This document shows, one piece after another, positions 22,933 through 31,811 of a stretch of 64,000 nt of DNA. The notes under the pieces were generated by a model that was not told the origin of the DNA, made no database searches, and saw only the letters and a list, made by a program, of their open reading frames with translations. The stretch covers positions 288,001-352,000 of the forward strand of contig CAVYNY010000010.1 in assembly GCA_963769935.1 (NCBI GenBank), written 5' to 3'. The position numbers and the translations under genes are program-made. Each line of letters starts with the position of its first letter. Position 1 is the stretch's first letter. The DNA is from an uncultured delta proteobacterium. Its GTDB lineage: Bacteria > Desulfobacterota > Desulfobacteria > Desulfobacterales > JAFDCJ01.

Positions 22933-23730
22933 AGTCCTTACGTTCGATTTCCGATGCGGGTATGATGCCTTGTTTCCCTGTGATTGCCAATAGTGGCAGA
23001 TGATTGAAACATGTCTCCTTTCTTTCGTTAAACAGTTCTCCCATAGAATATTCTTTCCAATCCTCATTGAATCCCGGTAATCTTTTTTTGCCTGTGAGCA
23101 GTTGCTGCATGAGGGCTTTCTTCAGGCGTTTTTTGGCATCGATGAGCTTGTGTGTCTGCTCGATGGCGGTGTCCCAGGTGCAAAGTATTTCGGCGATTTT
23201 TTTTGTTCTTGTAATGGAGGAAGAGGAATCTGAAGAGAACCGAATCGACTTACACCCAGATGAGCTATTGATGTTGTCTGAGAAGCAATTCGGGCGAAAA
23301 CACCTGTTTTTTGGAAGAAGGTAAAAAGGATCAATGCAAAATCAGGTAAAATCGATCCATTAGAACGAAATCTGATAAGTGTGTTTTGAAAGCAGCAATC
23401 CTTTGGCACTTCGCGATAGAGAGCATGACGTCCTACTAATTCGAGACTCTGTCCTTCATTTAATAATATGTCGCTTAACCGAAGACGATACCTATTATAT
23501 TCAGCTTCTGTAAATTTCATTTCTAAAACATCGGATGCATCAATATATCCCTCAAAAATATTGGCCACTCGAAGATAAGGTCGGAGATCACCTTTTGTAA
23601 AATGCGGTGAACGTTGACGACCAGCTTGAACCTGTCCGATATCTTTGATTCGAGGCGTCTCCCATTCCTTAGGCAACCACCTGAATTTATTTGTTTTTAA
23701 CCCAGATCTACTTTTATACCGGTCTGTCAC
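22928..23730 (-). pseudogene. hsdS: Type I R-M specificity subunit, frameshifted and truncated in TRD2
   Basis: LPKEW...TRD1...PLPPLQEQKK; A8 frameshift at 23197-23204; IAEIL...LMQQLLTG; TRD2 ends after ERKDSS at the junction with the ATPase remnant. Confidence 0.85.
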
Positions 23731-23745
23731 ACTTTCACCTTTGTT

Positions 23746-23815
23746 TAACCAGGATTTACACGAGAGACACGAACTTACAATAATACTTTTTGCCTTTTAA
23801 CGTGGTGCGTGATTT
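23746..23815. repeat. Degenerate CACGAA-family palindrome between rhuM and hsdS
   Basis: TAACCAGGATTTACACGAGAGACACGAAC ... CGTGGTGCGTGATTT. Confidence 0.5.
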
Positions 23816-24848
23816 ACTTTTTCCGCGGTTTTCGTTTCTCTTCTATCTTTTTAGCTTCCTCAATGGCCTCCCTAAAATGAACCTCGACCAATGAGTGTTC
23901 TTCAAGCATTTGCTTACGGTATATCGTATATTCGGTGTGGGCGATTTTCATCGCCTCATCACGGCTGATTTTGCCAGCGTGAGTCAGGATATCCCGATCG
24001 CTGATCTTCAGGAAATCGTCCAGCTTGGTGATCCAATCGCGCATGTACATCGGTTTACGATTGAGAGCCTGCAATTCGGCAAAATCCAGATACATGGTTA
24101 CGATCCGGTTTAATGTGTCCAGCTCATCATGGTTCAAATAGTTCTTAGCGATCTCGGTATCTTCCCTGGATGGTTTGGCTCCAGTCCAGGATGTCAGGCC
24201 CATATTCGGCTGGCCGGCATCCGCTCGGGCGGCAACAATTTCCGCGGCCGTATGGCCGTGGGTAGCCCAATGCATCTTATTCTGAACTATGGAAAAAAAC
24301 TCCCGTGAAAAATCAGTAGCGGGATCATAGTCGATGCTGGTGGCATAGATATCCAGGACCTTGCGCCAGAAAACCTTTTCCGAGGCGCGGATGTCCCGTA
24401 TGCGGGCGAGCAGCTCGTCAAAATAATTCCCACCGCCCGCCTGTTTTAGCCGCTCATCATCCAGCGTAAAGCCTTTGACAATATACTCGCGCAAACGTTT
24501 TGTAGCCCAAATACGGAATTGGGTGCCGCGATGGGATTTTACTCTGTATCCAACTGAAATAATCACATCCAAATTATAGAAAGTAATTGCACGAGTAACC
24601 TGCCTGGCGCCTTCGGTTTGAACAATCCGGAAATTCCGGATAGTTGACTTATGTTCGAGTTCACCTTCAGAATAAATAGTCTTGATATGTTCGTTGATCG
24701 TACGTACATCTTTTTGGAAAAGCTCCGCCATAAGTTTCTGGCTCAGCCATACGGTTTCATCCTCTAACCTCACATCGATACGGGTTGTGCCATCTTCGGT
24801 TTGATAAATAAGGAATTCAGAGTGTTTCTCCAGCGTGTTATTGTCCAT
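23814..24848 (-). CDS. rhuM: Virulence RhuM-family DNA-binding protein
   Basis: TVWLSQ..MAELF, YNLDVIISVGYRV, FRIWAT, RIRDIRASE, QNKMH motifs. Confidence 0.9.
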   Translation of the reverse strand: MDNNTLEKHSEFLIYQTEDGTTRIDVRLEDETVWLSQKLMAELFQKDVRTINEHIKTIYSEGELEHKSTIRNFRIVQTEGARQVTRAITFYNLDVIISVGYRVKSHRGTQFRIWATKRLREYIVKGFTLDDERLKQAGGGNYFDELLARIRDIRASEKVFWRKVLDIYATSIDYDPATDFSREFFSIVQNKMHWATHGHTAAEIVAARADAGQPNMGLTSWTGAKPSREDTEIAKNYLNHDELDTLNRIVTMYLDFAELQALNRKPMYMRDWITKLDDFLKISDRDILTHAGKISRDEAMKIAHTEYTIYRKQMLEEHSLVEVHFREAIEEAKKIEEKRKPRKK

Positions 24849-24865
24849 ATATCAATCTTTCAATT

Positions 24866-24944
24866 AACCACGAAACCACACGAAAGGAACGGACAGAACT
24901 AAAAATATTATTTTATTTTAGTGTATTTCGTGTATTTCGTGGTT
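24866..24944. repeat. CACGAA-family palindrome abutting the hsdM stop codon
   Basis: AACCACGAAACCACACGAAA ... TTTAGTGTATTTCGTGTATTTCGTGGTT. Confidence 0.75.
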
Positions 24945-26443
24945 CAGAAGCCCAGTTCCTTCAGATACGCATTCATCTTGGCCTGCGTCTCGGCCAGTTC
25001 GGCCTCAAGCTGCTCGATTTCCTTTTGGGTAGCGGCAATATCGATTTCCGGCTCCGGTTCAAACGTGTCCACATAGCGCGGGATATTCAGATTGAATTCA
25101 TTTTTTGCTATTTCTCTAAAAGAAGCAGGGTAAGCGTACTTTTCGACCTCCTGCCTTTTGCGATAGGTCGTTACGATCTTTTCGGTATCCTGCGGCCGCA
25201 GCCTGTTCTGATTGGTGCGCTGCTCGAATTCACGGCTGGCATCGATAAAAAGTATGTCTTTGCCGGGATTGCGGGATTTGTCGAAAATCATCAGGGCGGC
25301 CGGAATTCCGGTACCGAAAAACAAATTGGCAGGAATACCGATCACGGCGTCCAAAAGGTTTTCCCGGATTACGGCTTCTCGAATTTTACCTTCCTGGCCG
25401 CCGCGAAAAAGCACCCCGTGGGGGACGACAACCCCGACCCGACCCGTGCCCTCAACCGCCGTGGCCAGCATGTGGCTGATAAAGGCCCAGTCGCCCTTGC
25501 TCTTGGGTGGGATACCGCGCTGGAAACGGGCGTACCGATCTTCGGCAGCCATTTCCTGTCCCCACTTGTCAAGGGAAAAGGGCGGATTGGCAATCACGAT
25601 ATCGAATTTCATCAGGGCATCGTCTTCAATTAATTGCGGGTGCCGGATGGTGTCTTCCCATTCAATGCGGGCGGAGTCCACCTCGTGCAAAAACATGTTC
25701 ATTTTACACAGGGCCCAGGTGCTGCCGTTCATTTCCTGGCCGTAAAGGGCAAAATCATTTGTTCCAACCTGCTTGCCGGCCCGGATTAGAAGCGAGCCCG
25801 AGCCGCAGGCCGGATCGCAGATGCGGTCTCCTTTTTGCGGTGCCACCAACCGGGCCAGGGTCTCGGAGACCTCCGCCGGGGTATAAAACTCTCCGGCTTT
25901 TTTGCCGGCACTGGCAGCAAATTTTTCGATCAGATATTCATAGACATCCCCGATAATGTCCATATCGCCATTGTTGTCCGGTTTCAAATCCAGGGCCGCA
26001 AAATCTTCCAGCAGATTTTTGAGGCGATTGTTGCGCTGGCGCGTCTGGCCCAGGTTGGCTTCGCTGTTGAAATCGATGTTGCGAAACACGTTGTGCAGCT
26101 TGGTCTTGTTGGCATCTTCAATACCTTCGAGAACCGTGTTGATCGTCTGCCCGATATCGCTGTCGTTTCGGTGAGCATAAAGATGGTCAAAAGATGCATT
26201 TTCGCCGACGATAAATCGCTCACGTGCCATGGCTCGCTCGACTCGCAGTTTGTCCCCGCCGTATTTTTTATCATAGTCGGCCAGTTTGTGTTTTCTGATA
26301 TCACTGAGATATTTCACGAACAGCATGGTCAGGATATAGTCTTTATACATGGCAGGATCGATGACCCCGCGGAAAGTATCGCAGGCCCGCCAGACCGCAT
26401 TGAAAATCTCAGACTTTCTCTGTTGTTGATTCATTTCTATCAT
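24944..26443 (-). CDS. hsdM: Type I R-M DNA methyltransferase (m6A)
   Basis: GEFYTP, DPACGSG, NPPF, PHGVLFRG, NLNIPRYV; ORF intact. Confidence 0.95.
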   Translation of the reverse strand: MIEMNQQQRKSEIFNAVWRACDTFRGVIDPAMYKDYILTMLFVKYLSDIRKHKLADYDKKYGGDKLRVERAMARERFIVGENASFDHLYAHRNDSDIGQTINTVLEGIEDANKTKLHNVFRNIDFNSEANLGQTRQRNNRLKNLLEDFAALDLKPDNNGDMDIIGDVYEYLIEKFAASAGKKAGEFYTPAEVSETLARLVAPQKGDRICDPACGSGSLLIRAGKQVGTNDFALYGQEMNGSTWALCKMNMFLHEVDSARIEWEDTIRHPQLIEDDALMKFDIVIANPPFSLDKWGQEMAAEDRYARFQRGIPPKSKGDWAFISHMLATAVEGTGRVGVVVPHGVLFRGGQEGKIREAVIRENLLDAVIGIPANLFFGTGIPAALMIFDKSRNPGKDILFIDASREFEQRTNQNRLRPQDTEKIVTTYRKRQEVEKYAYPASFREIAKNEFNLNIPRYVDTFEPEPEIDIAATQKEIEQLEAELAETQAKMNAYLKELGF

Positions 26444-26449
26444 CCTCTT

Positions 26450-27028
26450 TTATCTGCTTTCCTGAATTGATTTGAGACAAATTTCAGTCATCAGGTATTT
26501 TCGCTTTTCAGCCAGCTTTTCATACAAGTCCTGCTCTTTCATCATCAGGGCAGTTAAATCTGCAACCCGCATTTGAACCTGAACCGGAGGGAGTGGAATA
26601 TCGATACTTTCCAGGACCGTCCGCCTGACTACCGGCATGTGAACCGCCCGGCCGCTCAATCGTTTCAAGTATTTCTCAACCGGTGACTGGTTGAGATACC
26701 ACCACAAATATTCGGGCAAAGCCTCAGACTTCGATACCCGAACAATAAAAAAACAGGCAGCGGCCAAAACGCTATCCGGTACCTTGTTAATTAATAATGA
26801 ATAGTTCCGAACACCCCGGGCCATAAATAAAATGTCACCAGGCTCTAGAAACCAGTCTTTTCCGGACAACTTTGGATCGAACCGAACCAAAGCATCTGTG
26901 CGATAGGAAAGTTTATCCGCATCAACATCCTTTGCCTGCATCAGGAGACAAGGTCCAGTGTCAATGGGTTCGATCTTCCCGCGATTGATATATCCGCTTT
27001 GGATTTTTGCAATCTTTTTGAGTTTCAT
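26450..27028 (-). CDS. Single-TRD HsdS-like protein
   Basis: MKLKKIAKIQSG, GDILF, PEYL..YLN, IPLPP..Q then a coiled-coil helix; 192 aa, upstream of hsdM. Confidence 0.8.
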   Translation of the reverse strand: MKLKKIAKIQSGYINRGKIEPIDTGPCLLMQAKDVDADKLSYRTDALVRFDPKLSGKDWFLEPGDILFMARGVRNYSLLINKVPDSVLAAACFFIVRVSKSEALPEYLWWYLNQSPVEKYLKRLSGRAVHMPVVRRTVLESIDIPLPPVQVQMRVADLTALMMKEQDLYEKLAEKRKYLMTEICLKSIQESR

Positions 27029-27093
27029 ATTAATTTTTGCTATCACAGTATACATAAAACTGCAATAATATTTTAAAAATACCATAGAATTTT

Positions 27094-27168
27094 TTGCAAT
27101 ATATTAAAATCTGCAAAATTTTTCTTGACATATGAATGATTATAATTGCAATATAAAATATCTTGCAA
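27094..27168. promoter_or_regulatory. Two copies of a TTGCA-N13-TGCAA palindrome in the divergent promoter region
   Basis: TTGCAATATATTAAAATCTGCAA (27094-27116) and TTGCAATATAAAATATCTTGCAA (27146-27168), 52 bp apart. Confidence 0.45.
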
Positions 27169-27198
27169 TTAATATTTCAGAAAAGGCAAAAGATTATC

Positions 27199-27954
27199 AT
27201 GCAGAATATCAACCTCCCTACCAACATCGTTGCCGACGACCGCGAACGCAAAAGCGACGTAATTGAATCCCTCTTGGAAATCGAGAATGTTAAAGTGGAT
27301 ATTAAGCGACTTTCTATCGGCGATTATCAGATTAACAATCGCGTGATTGTAGAAAGAAAGACATTAAAGGATTTTGCAATATCGATAATTGACGGAAGGC
27401 TTTTTAAGCAAATGATTTACCTGGCAAATTCCAAGGCTGAAGGTGTATTGATTCTGGAGGGTACGACCGGCGATACTGTCGATATCGGAATGACAAGGGA
27501 AGCCATGCAGGGAGCGCTGATTACAGTTTCCTTGATAATGGGTATACCGGTCCTGCGATCCGGGAACCCTGCTGAAACGGCTAAATTAATTATCTTTATC
27601 GCCCGCCAGATAGATTCGATGGCCAGCGGCGGGGTGCAGCGGCACGGCTATCAGCCTAAAGGATTGCGCTACAGACAACGTTATATTTTGCAGGGATTGC
27701 CTAAAGTCGGTCGTGAGAGGGCAGATCGACTTCTGGATCGTTTTGGCAGTGTTGAGGCCGTCATTTCTGCCGGCATTGACGATTTGCAAACCGTAGACGG
27801 TATCGGAAAAAACATTGCCGAAAAGATCAAATGGGCGGTAAGCGAACGTGTGCCCCCAAGTTCTAACAAGTCATTTGAATCTGAGCCGAGTTCAGTAGAA
27901 ACAGTATCAATAGGAGGCGCAACCCATTATTGCCGATACTTCACAGGAGCATAA
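27199..27954 (+). CDS. ERCC4/XPF-type nuclease with C-terminal (HhH)2
   Basis: DDRE, GDY, VERKT..DF..SIIDGRL..Q, ILEG; HhH motifs LPKVG and VDGIG. Confidence 0.88.
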   Translation: MQNINLPTNIVADDRERKSDVIESLLEIENVKVDIKRLSIGDYQINNRVIVERKTLKDFAISIIDGRLFKQMIYLANSKAEGVLILEGTTGDTVDIGMTREAMQGALITVSLIMGIPVLRSGNPAETAKLIIFIARQIDSMASGGVQRHGYQPKGLRYRQRYILQGLPKVGRERADRLLDRFGSVEAVISAGIDDLQTVDGIGKNIAEKIKWAVSERVPPSSNKSFESEPSSVETVSIGGATHYCRYFTGA

Positions 27955-27956
27955 TT

Positions 27957-28778
27957 ATGAATCAATCTGACGGTTTCATCGATCCTCACGGTGGGTTTCG
28001 AGAACTCAAGTCGTATCAAATGTCGGAAATTGTCTATGACGCCACCGCGGCGTTCTGCGACCGCTGGATCAGCCGCCGCTCCCGCACCCATGATCAAATG
28101 GTGCAGGCCGCCCGCAGCGGCAAGCAGAATATTGCCGAGGGCAGCATGGCCTCCGGCACATCCAAAAAGACTGAAGATGCCTCAATGTTGCAAAAGCCGG
28201 AGGGCTTCAGAGTCAAGGCGCCAAGGGTGAAGCTGTAGTTGTCTACCGCAATCCCTTGACAACGCAGAATCTGAAGTCCTCCTGGTTTCCCGCAGGGTAA
28301 ACAACATGGCAAAATCGACACTATCCATTGAATTTACTGGTCGGAAATTATGCAGGAAATGGTTCCTATGAATCAAGTCGGTTTTAATAACAAGACATTA
28401 ACTATTCTTTGCCATGTTGTTTATGCAACTTTGGGGCTGAAACTGGTCGGAGTGGCGCGCGCCAGTCTGGAAGAACTGCTGCTCGACTACCAGGATTTTC
28501 TGCGGCAGCGCAACCTGCCCATCTGGGGGAAAAACCACCCGCAAGCGCAAAAGATCAGAAGACTCGCCTTTCTGAAAAATAGGTCCTATACGACCTATAG
28601 GACCTATATTGAAGGCTCCTCCCCCGAAGTTGCCGCCAATGTGATGCTCTGTCTGATTCATCAGACCAACTTTTTACTGGATCAACAATTGCGGCAATTG
28701 GAAAAAAAATTTCTTGAAGAAGGCGGTTTCACCGAAAAACTTTATCTCACAAGGGTGAGGGCGAGACGCCGATTCTGA
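27957..28778 (+). pseudogene. Four-helix-bundle protein with suffix domain, interrupted by a 261-bp insertion
   Basis: Removing 28176-28436 gives a continuous 186-aa ORF: ...DQMVQAARSGKQNIAEG...SKKTE|LKLVGVARASLEELLLDYQDFLRQR...EGGFTEKL. Confidence 0.88.
28176..28436. mobile_element. MITE-like structured insertion
   Basis: Terminal IR 14/17 (28179-28195 vs 28421-28437); internal stems 28199-28211/28270-28282 (12/13) and 28298-28313/28408-28423 (16/16); no transposase. Confidence 0.75.
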
Positions 28779-28848
28779 AAAATTACCCGGCCGCTTGCAA
28801 ATCTGGGATCAATCCTTTAATTGTGAGAAAAGTTTAGGAGGTCACGCC

Positions 28849-30780
28849 ATGTTAAAACAGCAGCTGCAGAAACATTTCGGGTTCAATACATTTTTAAAAG
28901 GCCAGGAAGCCGTCATCGACAAGGTGCTGGAGCGTCAGTCCGCGGCCGCCATCTTTCCTACCGGCGCCGGCAAGTCCCTATGCTACCAGCTGCCGGCGAT
29001 GCTGCTGCCCGGCATGACGCTGGTGGTGTCGCCCCTGCTGTCTTTGATGAAAGACCAGCTGGACTTTTTGCTGTCCAACAACATCCCGGCCGCGCGCCTG
29101 GATTCGACCCTTGGAAAAAGCGAATACAATGCAATTCTCGACCGCGCCAAAAGCGGCCAATTAAAGATCCTGATGATTGCGGTTGAAAGATTTAAAAATG
29201 AACGGTTTCGTTCCCATCTGGAAAAGATGAATGTCTCCCTGTTGGTCGTGGACGAAGCGCACTGCATCTCCGAGTGGGGGCATAATTTTCGGCCCGAATA
29301 TCTGAAGCTGCCGGATTACCAGAAAGAATTCAATATAGCCCAGACACTGCTGCTGACAGCCACTGCCACCGAGCAGGTTAGAGATGACATGTGCGCTAAA
29401 TTCGATCTACCTAAAGAAAATGTGTTTGTGACCGGATTTTATCGCAACAATCTTTTTCTGCAGGTTACGCCGACGGCCGCATCTGAAAAAAAGGACCGCC
29501 TGCTGCAAAGAATCCGTGAAGCTCCCCAGGACCCGACCATTGTCTATGTCACCCTGCAAAAAACGGCTGAAGACGTCGCAGAATTCCTAGGCGCCAATAA
29601 AATCAACGCGCATCCGTATCATGCCGGCATGGAGACGGAAAAACGGGAGGAGATCCAAAACAAGTTCATGGATGGGACCCTGGCCTGCATCACGGCAACC
29701 ATCGCCTTCGGGATGGGAATCGACAAAAAGGACATCCGCCGAATCATTCACTACGATCTTCCCAAATCCATTGAAAACTACAGCCAGGAAATCGGGCGCT
29801 CCGGGCGGGATGGCAAGCCTGCATTATGCGAGGTACTGGCCAACCGGGACAACATCCATGTTTTGGAGAATTTTATTTACGGCGATACGCCGGAGAAGCC
29901 CTCGATCCGCCAATTGCTGCAGACTATCAAAGAAAACAAGGGCTTTGTCTGGGAAATAAAAGCGACAGCGCTTTCAAACGACCTGAATATCAGAATCCTG
30001 CCGCTCAAAACCCTGCTGGTCTATCTGGCGCTGGAAAAAGTGATTCGACCCAAGCTGACCTATTTTGAGGAATATTCGTTCAAATTCAACACGGAGCCCA
30101 CCACGATCATCAACAGTTTCGAAGGAGAGCGCAAGCAGTATGTGGCCGCAATCATGGATCATTGCCACACCCGGAAAATATGGACCACGGCCGATATCCC
30201 GGCCATCCTGAACAGTTACAAGACTGACCGGCAGCGGATTATCGCGGCCCTGGAATACTTTGATGAGCAAGGCTGGATCGAACTACAATCCAAACAGGCC
30301 GTCGAAGTATACGATATTCTGACCCAGGCGTTTGATCTCGATGACATGGCCGAAAAAATGTATGCGTTGTTTAGAAGAAAGGAACGCGTTGAGATTCAAC
30401 GAATCCATAACATGGTTGGTTTTTTTGAAGGCGACGTCTGTATCAGCAGGCAACTGGCCCGATATTTTGGAGAACATCTTGAACAAGACCGCTGCGGGCA
30501 TTGTTCATTCTGTCAAAGCGGAAAAGCGGTTCTGCCAAACATCACCGAATTAAAACCGCTTTCAAATTTTAAATTCAACGAAATCACAAAGGAATTTATT
30601 CAAGCTGTCGGAGATCAGTTCAGCGCGGTAAATTTAGCCAAGTTTCTTTGCGGCATTTATACGCCTTTATTCTCGAAACTGAAGCTAAAGAAACTGCCGC
30701 ACTTCGGCATCCTTGAACGTTATCCTTTTTTGGACGTTAAGAATTGGATCGTGGATAAAACAGGAGCAAGACCTGCGTGA
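28849..30780 (+). CDS. recQ: RecQ-family ATP-dependent DNA helicase
   Basis: PTGAGKSLCYQ, DEAHCISEWGHNFRP, TATA, QEIGRSGRDG, C-terminal Zn motif CGHCSFC; AGGAGG RBS before ATG 28849. Confidence 0.92.
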   Translation: MLKQQLQKHFGFNTFLKGQEAVIDKVLERQSAAAIFPTGAGKSLCYQLPAMLLPGMTLVVSPLLSLMKDQLDFLLSNNIPAARLDSTLGKSEYNAILDRAKSGQLKILMIAVERFKNERFRSHLEKMNVSLLVVDEAHCISEWGHNFRPEYLKLPDYQKEFNIAQTLLLTATATEQVRDDMCAKFDLPKENVFVTGFYRNNLFLQVTPTAASEKKDRLLQRIREAPQDPTIVYVTLQKTAEDVAEFLGANKINAHPYHAGMETEKREEIQNKFMDGTLACITATIAFGMGIDKKDIRRIIHYDLPKSIENYSQEIGRSGRDGKPALCEVLANRDNIHVLENFIYGDTPEKPSIRQLLQTIKENKGFVWEIKATALSNDLNIRILPLKTLLVYLALEKVIRPKLTYFEEYSFKFNTEPTTIINSFEGERKQYVAAIMDHCHTRKIWTTADIPAILNSYKTDRQRIIAALEYFDEQGWIELQSKQAVEVYDILTQAFDLDDMAEKMYALFRRKERVEIQRIHNMVGFFEGDVCISRQLARYFGEHLEQDRCGHCSFCQSGKAVLPNITELKPLSNFKFNEITKEFIQAVGDQFSAVNLAKFLCGIYTPLFSKLKLKKLPHFGILERYPFLDVKNWIVDKTGARPA

Positions 30781-30906
30781 AGTTAACCGATAAAATATGG
30801 CTGAATCGATCAATCTGAAGTTGTCTCCGGGTTGCAGCCCATTTTTAACTGCCCTCTCTTTGCCCGCAACCTTATCGTGTGAAACTTCAAATAGATGAAG
30901 GTATGT

Positions 30907-31063
30907 GGAATGGATTCGATTTTAATTTTTATTTAGACAGGGTTATCAGGATAATCAGGAATTTTTTCGCCTGCGGCGAGGGGCCTTTCGGCCGAAGGCC
31001 GCATTATCCTAACGATCCTGTTGATCCTGTCCAATTATTTTCTTTAAAATAAGAATCCATTCC
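30907..31063. repeat. Nested (Russian-doll) palindromic element
   Basis: Outer GGAATGGATTC/GAATCCATTCC; middle 9-bp-unit arms GACAGG..ATCAGGATAATCAGGA / TCCTAACGATCCTGTTGATCCTGTC; inner GC hairpins. Confidence 0.75.
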
Positions 31064-31209
31064 TCTTTTTCTTTCAAATTATAAAGTTTTTTATCTGATC
31101 AGACTGGACGCTCGCGGCCAGAGGCGGCGCTCGTATGAAACCTCATTTTTTTCTTTACAAAAGACTCGATTTCCCGGCATTGTAAATCAAGGGAGCGAGT
31201 TGATATCAA

Positions 31210-31596
31210 ATGGAATTTACTGAATTCAGCCAAAGAGTCCGGAAGATACTGGATGTTGATCTGCCGGCGAGGGCATCCATTTTAAAAGAAGGCCGTTTTG
31301 TTGCCGATGGCATCAAAATCGGTCGAACTGCATTTATGGCTGAAATGGGTGTTGATTCCGAGCTGGAATATAAAAAGCAATGCATCAAAGACAACCAAAT
31401 CATGTTTCACGCCCACAAGCTAAAGATCCCGGTTGTCATGGGGGGAATCCTCAACCAGAAAGTCGAGGATCAGCCCTTGCCGGTCGATGTGTCCGCTGAT
31501 CTGAAAAAGCTTGATTTTTATCCTTGCCCTCGATTGGAAGGCCGGTTCAGGATGCTGCTCGAATCAGGGGTGATTTCGCAGGATTTCAACAAATAA
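31210..31596 (+). pseudogene. Probable internally deleted cobalamin-dependent protein gene
   Basis: The N-terminal ...SELEYK..IMFHAH is joined to IPVVMGGILNQ...LPVDV, which resembles the end of a B12-binding domain; recalled resemblance, not searched. Confidence 0.4.
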
Positions 31597-31633
31597 GAAT
31601 TTTGGTAGGATTTTAGTCTTTCTAAAATTAGTT

Positions 31634-31737
31634 AGCCACGAATGGACACGAATCAACACGAATTAAGTCAGTAGGCGAAATAAGGACAACTCGCAAATGA
31701 AAATTAGTTTCGTGTAAATTCGTGGTAATTCGTGGCT
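31634..31737. repeat. CACGAA-family palindrome (10-bp units)
   Basis: AGCCACGAATGGACACGAATCAACACGAATT ... TTCGTGTAAATTCGTGGTAATTCGTGGCT. Confidence 0.85.
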
Positions 31738-31811
31738 TCTTTCAAGCAGCTAAACTGTTACGAATTTTGTTGTTTTAAAACCCACAAGTCATCGCTATGG
31801 AGGGAATGCAA

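Noticed and set aside
22291..23067. 258-aa ORF as an intact gene
   Set aside because: Its first ~45 codons are out-of-frame hsdS sequence; it is a deletion chimera.
23197..23204. Phase-variable poly-A tract in hsdS
   Set aside because: An 8-9 nt run encoding QKKI is ordinary, nearby indels suggest sequencing error, and the gene is truncated downstream anyway.
27125..27146. Perfect TTGACA and TATAAT as a sigma70 promoter
   Set aside because: The spacer is only 10 bp.
27860..27900. attC-like start (TCTAACAAGTCATTTGAA) in the ERCC4 tail
   Set aside because: No complementary right half or GTTRRRY box was found, and no integron integrase is in the window.
28176..28436. Group I or II intron
   Set aside because: The 5' exon does not end in U, there is no GUGYG start or recognisable catalytic core, and the structure is simple nested inverted repeats.
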